In this document: positions 1 to 12,648 of the stretch, piece by piece
How positions within the stretch are numbered: the first letter of the stretch is position 1
How the letters are laid out: each line of letters begins with the position of its first letter
The notes under the pieces: generated by a model
The model's database searches: none
Told to the model about the DNA's origin: nothing
Seen by the model: the letters and a program-made list of their open reading frames with translations, nothing else
Assembly: GCF_963921235.1 (NCBI RefSeq)
Contig: NC_086108.1
Span: 69,380,001 to 69,444,000, forward strand
Direction: 5' to 3'
Length of the DNA stretch: 64,000 bases
Source: Mobula hypostoma
Taxonomy: Eukaryota
Program-made: the position numbers and the translations under genes

Positions 1-1269
1 CACATTGGACACTGCAACTGATAATAAAAAGGTAATGAAAAGTGTGTTATTTGCTCTATTGAAATGCAAGCAGTTTACATCTTTATATTCTTGGGTATCT
101 TTTGGAGGTCAATGAGTGCTATGTGGTAATGCATTTTAATAACTGAAATCTATTTGCATGTGAAATAATGTATTTACATTTTTACAAAGACACTTATTTA
201 GAAATAACATTACCGTAAATTACTAAACCAGTAATTTACTCCCTGAACCAAAGTAAACCAGTTGTGTTTATAATTCCTGAGAACCCAGTTGAAGTTGTTC
301 TCAATCACAAAAGAAGTTCACAAAGATTACCAGTAAATGCAAATGTACCATTCTTCAGAGCAAGGGGGAAAAAATCAATGTGGATTTCATAGGTGTTTTG
401 CCAGGATAATTTAAGCATCTTTTATAAAGAAGGCAGTAATGATTTCTTCCCATTTTGTGTGTGTGATTTCAACTTGAGAAGAGCAGCTTGGATTCGAAAA
501 TGTGTTCTTGACTCCATTGAGTAATTGTTGTAATCTTGCCTAAACAAATAAAAGTAATCTGCTGTAAATTCTCCAGATTATTTGAATAGTCTGAATGCAT
601 TTAGCTAAATAACTACAATTACACGGTAGAACAAATACTGTGACGAAGAGAGACCTATATATTGCAATAACATCCTATGCTCAAGTCATAGCAATGTCTT
701 TTGGCATGTAATATAGCTTATAATTTTAGTAATACAGAATCATTTCATTGTGAAGGTCTGCCCCTCCAAATGATACAACAAAGTGATCTGCAGATGTGAA
801 CAATTCCATTGGCAGTCATGAAAACCTCTAATTATCTCAAAGTCTCTTCTGAAGAAAACAGTTTCTGCTCCTCAGTCTTCATTCACAACCAATTCCTTAC
901 ACTCAAAGTTAATAGCTTTACCTTCTCCTGTATCCAGGACTCAATGACATTCCTTTTGTTTCTTAAAATATAGTACCTAACCATTATATGATCATCTTCC
1001 TCAGTCATATAATTTATTTGCTAATTACATTCAGGTATCTCCATCCAATCAAACAATAAGAAATACTGTATTTATTCTAAATTATTTTTTCACATTGTAT
1101 CAAAGTGCTGGTTGTTAGTTGGAATGGCTTTTACTGAAAGGTCAACATATCAGGAGTGAGAGTGGAAGCTTCTGAAATGTCTGTGAGAGGAGTGGCTCGC
1201 CACACAGTCTCTCTCTCACTCTCTCTCGCTCTGTGCCTTGTAAAAGAGCCATGAAAAATCCATCATCAC

Positions 1270-3715
1270 GGACGTACACATGCAGGCACACGCAAAAAAA
1301 AAGAAAGAATAAGCAGGTAAACAGAGGCTGGAATGGCAAAAAGTGAAATCAAATCCATAGGAAGAGATGACATAGGATTGGAAGATGTAGAATCCTTATG
1401 GGTAGAGAATGCAAAGGTAAAAAGCCCCAAATGGGAGTTATTCAGGCCTCTGAACAGTAGCCAGGATGTGGGATACAAATTACAATGAGAGATAGAAAAA
1501 GCACGTGAAAAGGGCAATGTTACGATAGTCCTGAGGATTTCAAAATACTGGTTGATTGGGAAAATTAGGTTGGTTCTGGATTCCAAGACTGGGAATTTGT
1601 AGAATGCTTCTGAAATGGCTCTTCAGAATAGCTTTTACTTGAGCCCATTAGGGGAAGACAATTCTGGAATGGGTGTTGTGGATTGACCAAGATTTGATTA
1701 GGAAGCTTAAGGTAAAGGTACTCTTAGGAGGCAGTAATTATAATCTAATAGAATTCACCATGCAGTTTGACAGGGAGTAGCTGAAGTCAGATGTTTCAGT
1801 ATTACAATGGAGTAAAGGGAGTTACAGAGGCACGAGAGAAGAGATGACCGAAGTTGATTAGGAGGGGCCATTTCAGGGATGATGGCAGAACAGTAGTGGC
1901 TGGAGTTTCTGGGCGCAACTCAGATCCAAGTACATCCCGAAGTAGTATTCTAAAGGGAGGATGAGACAACTGTGGCTGACAAGGGAAGTCAAAGACAGCA
2001 TACAAGCAAGAGAGCATATAATATAGCAAAAATTATTTAGGTTAGATGATTGGGAAGCTTTTAAAAATCAACAGAAGGCAACTACAAACCCATAAGGAGA
2101 GAAAATATGAAATATGAAGGTAAGCTAGCCAATGATATAAAAGAGGATACAAAAAGTTTGTTCAGATGTTGAGAGCAAAAGAGGCGAGAATGGATATTGG
2201 ACTGCTGGAAAGTTATGCTGGAGAGGTAGTAACAGGGGATAAAGAAATGGTGGATGAACTTAATAAGTATTTTGCATGAGTCTTTGCTGTGGAAGACACT
2301 AGCAGTATTTTAGAAATTCAAGAGGGTCATGGGGCAGGAGTGACGGTAGTTGCTATTACTAATGAGAAGAGTGCTTGGGAAACTGAAAGGTCTGAGTGTA
2401 GATAACTCAACTGGACCAAACGAACTACACTCCAAGGTTCTGAAAAAGGTAGCTGAAGAGATTATGGAGGCATTAGTAATGATCTTTCAAGAATTACAAG
2501 AGTTTGGAATGGTTCCAAAGGACCGTATTATTGCAAATTTCATACCACTCTTTAGGAAGGGAGAGAGGCAGAAAAAATGGAATTACAGGTCAGTTAGCCT
2601 GATTTCAGTGATTGGGAAGATATTGGAGTCTATTATTAAGGATGAGATTTAATTGTACTTGGAGGCACATGATAAAATAGGTCAATGTCAGCATGGTTTC
2701 CTTAAGGGAAATTCTTGCCTGATAAATCCATTGTAATTCCTTGAGAAAATAACAGGCAGGACAGACAAAGGAGAGCATACGAGGCTGCTTATAAAGATAA
2801 GAGCCCATGGTATTACTGGAGAGATACTCGCATGGCTGATTGGCAGGAGGCAAAGAGTGGGAATAAAAGGTGTTTCTGATTGACTGCCCATGACGAGTGC
2901 TTCTTTTCATGTTATATGTATGTCAATGATTTGAAATTGATGGCTTTGAGGCCAAGCTTGTGGACAATAGATACACAAATAGGTGAAGAGACAGGTAGTG
3001 TTGAGGAAACAGAGATGCTGCAGAAGGATTTACATTAAGAGAATGGACAAAGTAGTGGCAGATGAAACACAATGTACAGTAGGGAAGTGTATGGTCATGT
3101 ACTTTGCTAGAAGGAACAAAGGTATAGACTATTTCCTTTATCTGTCAAGGGCACTGAATATGGAAACTGGGCATTATGCTGCAGTTGTGCAAGTTGTTGG
3201 TGAGTCGTGTGTACAGTTTTGGTCACCCTTTTACAGTAAAGACATGGTTAACCTAAAAGGAATGCAGAGAAAATTTACAAGGATGTTGTCAAGACTTGGA
3301 GGCAGGAGTTATGTGGAGAAGTTGGTTTTTATTTCCTTGGAACACAGGAGAATGAAGGACAATATTATAGGAGTGTTTAAAATTATGAGGCATACGTAAA
3401 GTGGATGGTAACAGTCTCTTCCCCAGGGTAGGGTGTCCAAAACTACGGGGTTAGGTTTAACGTGAGAGGGCAAAGATTTAAAAGGCATCTAGAGGGGAAA
3501 CTTTTTCATGTACAGGGTGGCAAGTATACAGAATGAGCTGCCAGAGGAAGTGGTTGAGGCAGGTACAATACTATTATTTAAGAACCATTTGGATAGGTAT
3601 GTGGCGGGCAGGGCCAAACACAGGAAATTGGAACTAGTTGAGTGGGGTGTATGTTGCTGTCACGAATTTGTTGAGCTGAAGGACCTGTCCTGTGCTTTAT
3701 TGTTCTATGACTATT
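1270..3715 (+). mobile_element. Decayed CR1-clade LINE (endonuclease to RT to 3' tail, many stops and frameshifts)
   Basis: Fragments such as GPNELHSKVLK, NYRSVSLISVIGKILE, CVQFWSP and a ttctatga tail, collinear with the intact CR1 at 52.7-55.8 kb; boundaries approximate. Confidence 0.85.
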
Positions 3716-5573
3716 AAATGTAGTTTGATTTTCCACGCGTTTACATTGTTTTAATTAAAGCGATTTTTGCAATATCAGTATACGCATTTCAAATCCTCAA
3801 ATTTTAAATGCAAACTGTATTCACCACACTCTATTTTCTGCCATGTTTCAATAGGTTCAATAGGTACACTTAATGTCAGAGAAATGTATACAACATACAT
3901 CCTGAAATTCTTTTTCTTCACAATCATTCACAAAAGCAGAGGAGTGCAGGAGTGCCCAAAGAATGAATGAAAGTTAGATGTTAGAACCCCAAAAACCCCA
4001 TGTTTTGTACTGGTTTTACAAACAGCATGCGGAAAGGCACCCAGCCTAAAAACTAACATGAAAGTCAGTAAAAAGAGGGAGCTCAAGTATGCGGTTCAGA
4101 TACCCAAGTGGTACACATTGAAAAGTTTCTACTTCTAATGAAATTGCTAACAGTCTCTTTACTGTGGCACAATCTAACTAGAAATTAATTGAGAGCAATA
4201 TTTTTAAAAAATTAATCAGTTTTACCTACCAGTACTGGATTGACAATGGCTTTTAAATGCCTAATTTTTATATATTGACTTTTAATATTGCTTTGTTCTA
4301 AAGAACATTCAAATACCATTCTATGGGCAACTTCCTCGAAAAGCATCAATGTAACTTTAAGAAGAAAGTGCTGCTTGAATCCAAGTAAAGCTAGGTTCAA
4401 TACAAAGTCAACACTGAATAGGTACATTAGTTTTGATATACATGGTGATCTAACATCAAAAAATTCCCTTGGGTAAAGAATTTCAAAAATCATTCCCTGG
4501 GTGAAGAAATTTACTTCTTCTATCCTCAATGGCCAACCTTTATTTTAAGGCAGTGAGCCTTGGTTCCAGATAGGGGAAACAGCAGCCCTACACTAATTGA
4601 CCCAACCTGCCTCAACTCTGTGGTCAATCTGTTGAGGTTTCACTGTACTCACGCTACTGCAAGATCAGTCGTGTACATTATTCAGATGCACTCCCACAAC
4701 ATGTATTTAGAAAAAGATTACCCTAGTAGAACTTATCTGAATTTTACTCATAAAGATAGGATATCAAAGAGTAATGCCATGAAAAATTTCTGATGCTCTC
4801 TGGATGTGTTTCAAAAGTTCTGCCATGCCTTTTCTTTGCCGATGCTCAATTCTGTTAACTTACTTAAAGGTCCTGATACAGACTGAAAGAATGAGCTATG
4901 TAGAGTTGGAGAATTCAACAGAGAGTCTGGAAGGTTGCAAAGTGTCCAGATGCATTTTAGCCTCTGGAGCTCCGGTATCAGAACCAGCCGTTTCTGCCAG
5001 TCATTTTTCTGCCATTACCGCCCAGCTTTTCTTTCTGTATTAGTATAGCTGGGCTTGTTAGGCATGTCCCACAGCCCTGCTATCAGCAACACTAAATACA
5101 TAGGAAGACACTTAGTGCTTCCAACTGCAACGTGGTCTCATCCTATCAGAGATGTACTTTCAGTTCTCCTCCTCTCTGTGAATGAAAACTTAAGTTTTCA
5201 CTCTTCCTCAGTTGTGACCAAAGTGTCTCGGGCATGTTCTTTTATTACCCCAGAAGCAGCCTGACCTACTGAGTGCTTCCAGTATCTTTTGTTTACTAGC
5301 TTCTGCTGTCTTTAATTTTAATTTATCTGATGGTACAGGTTCTATGTCTTCATACAATGAGAACTCGAGATCACACAACAAGCTATGACAACCTCATGGC
5401 AGCATACTGATGTGTTCTATGTATGATAGGCTGTGCTAGAGTATTGAGATAGTTCTCTGCTACCTAGCCCAAGGATTCACATGCAAATATGTACATATAT
5501 TTCAATTATATTTTCTGGATATAGAATAACTTGAATTTTACCTTCATGTTATAAAATAATATTTAGATTCTTA

Positions 5574-5729
<156 letters not shown>

Positions 5730-5978
5730 TTAAAAAAATAATGTGAGATTAAAATAAGACATAAGCTGCAATAATCCTCACAATTCATTCTTTTCCAAGT
5801 TCACAACCATTTTTCTTTGGGCTGATCAGAACAGGCAAGACAGAGACGTCACCCCAAGTCACCACTGTCAGTTTGTAGTGAGTATAAGAATGAACTCTTT
5901 CCTTTGTACAGTTGCTTTCCAGGAAGTGCTGTTCAAATTTTATCAGCCATTTATAGGGCAAAGAGTTTTTATATAATG

Positions 5979-6837
5979 TGTTACGAGAATACACATAAAA
6001 TTAAGATGTTTGCTGGCCTGGGCTAGCATCAGTGGCATCAGCAGTTGGTCTGCCACCTGCCCTCAGGGGAAGGAGAGATAAGGAACAATGGAGCAGCGTC
6101 TGGAGATGTGTAATGAAGGGATGTGGGAGGAAGAGCTGTCTGGAGCGGCTCCCCCCTTTGAAGCCTGAACTGTTTGAAGTGATGGACAGGCGATACCCCA
6201 GCAGGGGGATAAAAAGGGACAGGTTCGCTAAGACAGACACACACGCCACCCGAGGTAACGAGACCCTGGAAGCGGTGCGCTTCTCACGAGTGGGTGAGAA
6301 GTCCCAGACAACGACAAGGGTGGAAAGGTACGATCAGCGGGAACCCGGTGTGTGTCCGCCCTTGCCTGGGTGCCGGGTTCACTGCAGAGGATCGACCGCA
6401 TCTGGAGGAGGGGTCACAGTCGGTGACCTCAGGTGACATCACCAAGGACCCGCCCAAATGCTGTTTGTGAGCCATCTCGCTGGTCTGTGAGTGAAGCTGT
6501 GCTGAATGATGAGTTGTTCCTATTCTATGTCTCTCTTCCCCACCTTGTCCATCGCCATGACAACGATTACTGCGAACTGAACTACTAAACTGGACTGAAC
6601 TTTGAGTCATTTTGAAATTGGTCATTTACCCCTAGACAACGATAGAGCTTGATTGATGCTGTTATCTTAATTCTGTGCACATGTGTGTTTATCATCACTG
6701 AACTGTTGCATTTATTATCCTTTCGATTACTGTGTTGCTTGTTTCTGTAATAAAACTTTCTTAGTTCTAGTACTCCAGACTCCAACTGAGTGATCCATTT
6801 CTGCTGGTTTGGCAACCCAGTTACGGGGTACGTAACA
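5979..6837 (+). repeat. 5' LTR
   Basis: TG...CA ends with 7-bp terminal inverted repeat; AATAAA at 6749-6754; repeated at 9875-10733 (offset 3896). Confidence 0.97.
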
Positions 6838-6841
6838 TAAG

Positions 6842-6860
6842 TGGGGTTCTCGTCCGCGAT
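6842..6860 (+). promoter_or_regulatory. Primer binding site, tRNA-Pro-like (imperfect)
   Basis: TGGGGTTCTCGTCCGCGATTTTGAAC versus the tRNA-Pro 3' complement TGGGGGCTCGTCCGGGATTTGAAC; starts 4 nt after the LTR. Confidence 0.7.
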
Positions 6861-6936
6861 TTTGAACGCTAAATTTGGGACGGAGTAAATTGATTGGGTT
6901 AAAATTCCCGAAAGAAAGAAAAGACAAACAGCAGAA

Positions 6937-9702
6937 ATGGAGGTTGAGGAATTTATAAAGGCGCCGACCTTGGAGGCATTAGAGGATGCCAGGAAATCGG
7001 AATTGATAGCTGTGGCAAAACGGGTGAATCTTGCTAAGGTGAAGTCGACAATGAGGAGAGAGGAGATACACAGAGCTATTGTAGAGCACTATGTATCTAA
7101 AGGTGTGTTTCCCCAAGGTGAGCTGGGGGAGGTGTCTGTTGAAAAACCTGCTGGAGACGCAGTACAGGTACAGCTTGAAAAACTGAGACTCGAGCACGAG
7201 TTCCGGGTACGGCAGTTAGAACACGAAGAGAAAGAGAGGGACAGACAGATGGAGAGAGAGGAGAAACAGAGGGAAAGGGAATTTGAGCTGGAGAAGTTAA
7301 AGATAAGGGCCGAGCAGGGGCTCGTGCCGAACCAAGGTGGAGGGTTCCGGGCGACCCAGGAGGTTAGGCTGGTTCCCCCATTTGACGATACCGATGTGGA
7401 TCGGTACTTTCTCCACTTCGAAAAAGTAGCTATAAGTCAGGACTGGCCGAGGGATAAGTGGGTTGTCTTACTTCAGAGTGTACTGAAAGGGAAAGCCCAA
7501 CAAGCTTACTTCGCTTTATCCGCGGAAGATGCCCAGAAGTATGAGGTGGTGAAGGAGGCCATCCTCAGGATTTATGAGTTGGTCCCGGAGGCATACCGGC
7601 AGAGGTTCCGGAATGCGAGGAAGCGGTGGGACCGCACGTATTTGGAGTTTGCTCGTGAGATGCAGACATATTGTGAGCGTTGGTGCGCCTCGAAGGGGGT
7701 AGAGGGGGATTATGACAGACTGCTACAGCTGATCCTGATTGAGCAGTTTAAAGGTTGTGTCCCTGAGGGTATGAGACCCTACCTCGATGAGAAAGAGGCA
7801 GCCACGTTAGCCGCAACTGCTAAGTTAGCGGATGAGTATGCGTTGACGCATAAAATGAAGTTTGCCCCGAGTAAAGGCTACCAGAAGGGTAGTCAGGACG
7901 GCGGGGAGAGTCCGCCGGAAAAGTCAGAAAGTAAGCCGGGGACTAGTGAAAAGGATAAGGTAGACCGGGAGCAGCCTGGTAGGAAGTCTCCTGGGGTCGT
8001 CTGTTATAATTGTGGGAAAGTCGGACACTTTGCGTCCAGGTGCTTTGCCCCAAGGAAGGAGACGGGGAAAGGAAAAGCGGAAATTTTGAATGGCTGTATC
8101 GAGCTGTTAAGCGAACCGCTAGGGAAGGACAGGTCTGAAAAAGTCCAGGAAGGGCGCGAGAGGTTTATCTCGGCCGGACTGGTGTCAGTGAAGGAGAGGT
8201 TAAAACCAGTTCCAGTGCGGATCTGGAGAGACACGGGAGCGTGTCAGTCACTAATACTGAAGAGTGTATTAGAGTTTAGCTCAGAGACCCAGACTGGGGA
8301 GGTAGAGGTCAAAGGTGTTGGGGAAGGGACAGAGTCAGTCCCTTTGCACCAGATACATTTACAGAGCAACCTGGTCTCTGGACTAGTCACGATCGGGGTG
8401 AGGTCCGAATTACCGATGAAAGACGTGGAAGTCTTGCTCGGTAATGACATCGCCGGAGGAATCGTGTTCCCAGTCGTGAGATTGACGGGTCAGCCTGCCA
8501 GCATGGAGGCCCCGCCCGCGATGGTGAATTTGGCTGAAACATTTCTGCCAACCTTGTATGAGACAGGGTGTAGTGAGATAAGAGGTAGTGAGGGAGCTGG
8601 GACGGACGTAGCAGTAGCCAGGAAAGAATTTGTGCAGACGCAGGAGCGAGACGAGGGGCTGATGGTTTTGGCAGAGACCGCTCTCTCTGACACAGCCTTG
8701 ACAAGCTATTGTGCGGATGAGGAAGTGCTAAGGAAGAAAGGGAAATCAAGTACAGCATCCGCAGATGAGGAGTGGGGGGTGGTGCAAAAGAGTTACGGGG
8801 ATGAGGTTTTTAACATGGCCCACGAGGTACCCCCCGGTGGACATTTTGCGGTGCTGGGGGAAACAGTTGGTGGAATCATGAAAGAGATTTACCGGCTGCC
8901 CAGGGGGAAAAATGTTATTGATCATGACCGACGCGAACTGAGACGGTCACCGGCTTTTGATATGCTAACAAACCTAGTCGGTGTTAGCGTGGAAATCAAT
9001 GAAGCTAGGGGCCCCTTGATAAGAGGAAAAAACCATTTTGAAAAGATTAGGATGGGATCGGTCAGATGGGAGAAGGCTATTGTTTTGGCCAGGTCTACTG
9101 ATAAGGTCTCTCCCTTAATCCCCGAAGGAGTAATTAAACGACTCGCACCCATGTGTTTGATTGTCCCGAGGAAATGCAAAGAACTGGGACGTTGGGTTAT
9201 GTCTGTTAAAATAGGGCAGCCAAGTAAACAACACCCATATTTTTCGAGTAATTCAGTGACTAAAGGGCTGATGAACACAGAGGTGTGTATTGGCAATTTA
9301 ACACGGCTGTCTGAAGCCAGCTTGATAGTGAACCTTGGAAAAAATGAATTCGGCCACACGAATGTCACTTACCTGGGAATTGTGGTGACACAGGGGCAGC
9401 TGGCAGTGATACAAGCTACAGTGCAGGCTATCGCTGACCTCCCAACCCCGACAGACAAGAGGGCCCTCAGAAGGCTTTTGGAGATGGTGGGGTACTGCAG
9501 GAAGTTTTGCAATAACTCTGCGGTCAATACCCGTCCCCCTCCTACTAAGCCCTTGCGAGGGAAAATTGAGTCGGAATGGGACGACCCTTGTTGTTGTGGT
9601 CCGGGACAAAACCAAATGAGAGGTTACATTGGTCGCAATTCATCAGTGTTTTTGGCCACTATGAAGTTTGCTGAGTTGGAGCCTGGTCTAAGGGATTATT
9701 AA
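6937..9702 (+). CDS. Gag (coiled coil, SCAN-like capsid, CCHC knuckle)-aspartic protease polyprotein fused to degenerate IN/RT remnants, 921 aa
   Basis: YELVPEAYRQRFR...LILIEQF (SCAN-like), CYNCGKVGHFASRC (8002), RDTGA...LLGND protease, AHEVPPGGH (IN HH only), RT YxDD position reads CIGN (9286-9297). Confidence 0.9.
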   Translation: MEVEEFIKAPTLEALEDARKSELIAVAKRVNLAKVKSTMRREEIHRAIVEHYVSKGVFPQGELGEVSVEKPAGDAVQVQLEKLRLEHEFRVRQLEHEEKERDRQMEREEKQREREFELEKLKIRAEQGLVPNQGGGFRATQEVRLVPPFDDTDVDRYFLHFEKVAISQDWPRDKWVVLLQSVLKGKAQQAYFALSAEDAQKYEVVKEAILRIYELVPEAYRQRFRNARKRWDRTYLEFAREMQTYCERWCASKGVEGDYDRLLQLILIEQFKGCVPEGMRPYLDEKEAATLAATAKLADEYALTHKMKFAPSKGYQKGSQDGGESPPEKSESKPGTSEKDKVDREQPGRKSPGVVCYNCGKVGHFASRCFAPRKETGKGKAEILNGCIELLSEPLGKDRSEKVQEGRERFISAGLVSVKERLKPVPVRIWRDTGACQSLILKSVLEFSSETQTGEVEVKGVGEGTESVPLHQIHLQSNLVSGLVTIGVRSELPMKDVEVLLGNDIAGGIVFPVVRLTGQPASMEAPPAMVNLAETFLPTLYETGCSEIRGSEGAGTDVAVARKEFVQTQERDEGLMVLAETALSDTALTSYCADEEVLRKKGKSSTASADEEWGVVQKSYGDEVFNMAHEVPPGGHFAVLGETVGGIMKEIYRLPRGKNVIDHDRRELRRSPAFDMLTNLVGVSVEINEARGPLIRGKNHFEKIRMGSVRWEKAIVLARSTDKVSPLIPEGVIKRLAPMCLIVPRKCKELGRWVMSVKIGQPSKQHPYFSSNSVTKGLMNTEVCIGNLTRLSEASLIVNLGKNEFGHTNVTYLGIVVTQGQLAVIQATVQAIADLPTPTDKRALRRLLEMVGYCRKFCNNSAVNTRPPPTKPLRGKIESEWDDPCCCGPGQNQMRGYIGRNSSVFLATMKFAELEPGLRDY

Positions 9703-9862
9703 TAACACGTGTAAAAGGAACAGAAAATGTGATGACTGTCTGTCAAGGTGTTGACAATTTCAAATTCTCTGTATTAGCTAAATAACTGTTAAAGATGTAT
9801 ATTGTGTATGTATCAGATAATGTAGTCATGTTTGTAATTTTTACCTCCCGGTAAAAATCCTT

Positions 9863-9874
9863 AAAGGGGGGAAG
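9863..9874 (+). promoter_or_regulatory. Polypurine tract
   Basis: AAAGGGGGGAAG directly abutting the 3' LTR. Confidence 0.9.
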
Positions 9875-10733
9875 TGTTACGAGAATACACATAAAATTAA
9901 GATGTTTGCTGGCCTGGGCTAGCATCAGTGGCATCAGCAGTTGGTCTGCCACCTGCCCTCAGGGGAAGGAGAGATAAGGAACAATGGAGCAGCGTCTGGA
10001 GATGTGTAATGAAGGGATGTGGGAGGAAGAGCTGTCTGGAGCGGCTCCCCCCTTTGAAGCCTGAACTGTTTGAAGTGATGGACAGGCGATACCCCAGCAG
10101 GGGGATAAAAAGGGACAGGTTCGCTAAGACAGACACACACGCCACCCGAGGTAACGAGACCCTGGAAGCGGTGCGCTTCTCACGAGTGGGTGAGAAGTCC
10201 CAGACAACGACAAGGGTGGAAAGGTACGATCAGCGGGAACCCGGTGTGTGTCCGCCCTTGCCTGGGTGCCGGGTTCACTGCAGAGGATCGACCGCATCTG
10301 GAGGAGGGGTCACAGTCGGTGACCTCAGGTGACATCACCAAGGACCCGCCCAAATGCTGTTTGTGAGCCATCTCGCTGGTCTGTGAGTGAAGCTGTGCTG
10401 AATGATGAGTTGTTCCTATTCTATGTCTCTCTTCCCCACCTTGTCCATCGCCATGACAACGATTACTGCGAACTGAACTACTAAACTGGACTGAACTTTG
10501 AGTCATTTTGAAATTGGTCATTTACCCCTAGACAACGATAGAGCTTGATTGATGCTGTTATCTTAATTCTGTGCACATGTGTGTTTATCATCACTGAACT
10601 GTTGCATTTATTATCCTTTCGATTACTGTGTTGCTTGTTTCTGTAATAAAACTTTCTTAGTTCTAGTACTCCAGACTCCAACTGAGTGATCCATTTCTGC
10701 TGGTTTGGCAACCCAGTTACGGGGTACGTAACA
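9875..10733 (+). repeat. 3' LTR
   Basis: No difference from the 5' LTR seen by eye; ORF-track translations inside the two LTRs are identical. Confidence 0.97.
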
Positions 10734-10869
10734 TAAGGAACTGAAATTTACAATCTTCTGATTTGACTAAAAAGGTTCTACTACACAGATGTTTTCAAAA
10801 TGAGTGTAAATTTTGATGAAAGAACTTGCAGTGTCACAGATCCTTGGCTTTATATACAATAGAAGATGA

Positions 10870-11400
10870 CGGTCGTAGAGCTGCACAACACAGAGGAATG
10901 TCCGCCCAACTGATCCGTGTTGATTGTGATGCCCAACTACACTAATCCCACTTGCCTGCATTCTGGCACTCCACTCCTCTCTGATCTAAGTAATTGTTCA
11001 TATGCTTCTGAAATTGTGTAATTGTTTCTACCTCCACCACTGCATCTGGCAGCTTGTTCCATCCTCTGTGTAAACTTGAAATCCAGATCTCCTTGAAATT
11101 TCTATACTCTCACCTTAAACCTTGGCCCTCTGGTTTTGGATTTCCCTATCTTGGGAAAGAGACTTGCATTCTATCCCCCTCAATCTAATGGTGAAGCATT
11201 GGAGGCTGAACCTCCAGTGCTCTACTGGAATTAATTCCAGCCTGTTCAATCACTCCCCGTATCCAAAGCTTTCAATCTAGGCACCATCCTGGTGAATCTC
11301 TTCTGCATACTTTGTGTAACGTGCTAATTAGAATTATGCACAACACGCCAAGTGTGGACTAACCAGTATTTTGTACATGATGTCGCAATTCTTATACACC
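10870..11400 (-). mobile_element. Old CR1-like 3' fragment
   Basis: Reverse-complement CR1 3' motifs (ctcaccttaaac, catcctggtgaatctcttctgca); boundaries approximate. Confidence 0.55.
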
Positions 11401-11715
11401 ATGATGTAATGTAACTTATCAGCTTTCCATGACTGCATTTTCACATTGTTCTTAGCACAACATTTTCTGGAACCTGGCAAATAATATTGTACTGTTATGT
11501 GTAGAGATATGAAACCGGGGTTTTGTTTAAAAGTATAATAAACTTGGGGTCTAAGTGATTTGTTCTGGCTCCTACTTCCTATTTATAACTAAATTAAACT
11601 AAATTCCTTTCCTTGGTAAGGGAATTTTTAAGGGTAACAATTCCTTTACAAAGTCTGTCAAAGGTTGGAGAAACATGTTTTCAAATGATATTAGATTTTC
11701 AGTTAATTCTACTTA

Positions 11716-11856
<141 letters not shown>

Positions 11857-12648
11857 TTAAAAAAACACACATGTATTTCATCTTGATTGAACATTATTTT
11901 AAACTGAAAAATGTAATCATTATCAAAAGCAAGGTAGATTGGTTGAATACAGGCCATTATCTATAAAATATTAGTTTGCCTGTGTGCACTAAAGACCACT
12001 GTACTCTAAAGAATTCTATTTAGGTTGCATCACATTCTCAGAATGTCAAAAATGAACTGCAGAGAGTGTGGAGTCCAATCTTTGCACAAGGACTCACAAA
12101 TATACTGGTGAGATAAAGTACCAGATAATATGATATTCCTTACTGCTGGCATTTGTTGGGGGACTAATGCTGGCTGGAATATGTTGGATGCTGATGTTTT
12201 TGATCTGAGGTTCTTCAGAAGTCAAGAATGAAGCATAAAACTTGTTGCTTACCATTGTTTATTAAGTGTTAAAGAGAACAAAGGGATTGGGAAAGGAAAG
12301 CAGCAAAAGCAGAGCCTAGTAGCAAGAGAAGGCAAAGGCAGGAAAGAGACAAAGGTAAAAGAGGAAGAGACAAGATACTTTGCTCTTCTTATACCAGTTT
12401 GCTAATTAGCAACAAATTTCATTCAAATTGTGTTGCTTGAGTCAGCCAATATGAGAGCCCCCATGCAATTAATGTGATTGTGCACCTGTAATAAATTGTT
12501 TAAAAAAACAACTACAACCTCTATAAACTGAACAATTACATGTACACAGGTAACTCTACAGAAATACAAACAAGCATTAGTTAAACTACAAGAAAAATAT
12601 CAATTACACAGTCTAATCCAACAAATACTAGAACAACCTTACTGCATT

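Larger units (their letters stand above)
5979..10733 (+). mobile_element. Gmr1-like Ty3/gypsy LTR retrotransposon, non-autonomous (4755 bp)
   Basis: Two 859-bp LTRs (TGTTACG...CGTAACA), PBS, PPT, one ORF with Gag-PR followed by IN-before-RT remnants. Confidence 0.93.

Noticed and set aside
1266..1586. ORF beginning MESRT, resembling the SMESRTHFRI motif expected in the TTC39A last exon
   Set aside because: It is the antisense of a CR1 endonuclease region; the following residues do not match and there is no suitable acceptor, so the match is coincidental.
6001..6815. Duplicated short ORFs (134, 113, 82, 76 and 68 aa), repeated at 9897-10711, and the 178-aa ORF at 57214-57750
   Set aside because: They lie inside the LTRs, show no protein motifs, and the frames are not preserved between the young LTRs and the solo LTR.
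6937..9702. Domesticated SCAN/Gag host gene
   Set aside because: It is flanked by identical LTRs, PBS and PPT, so it is a transposon ORF and not a host gene.
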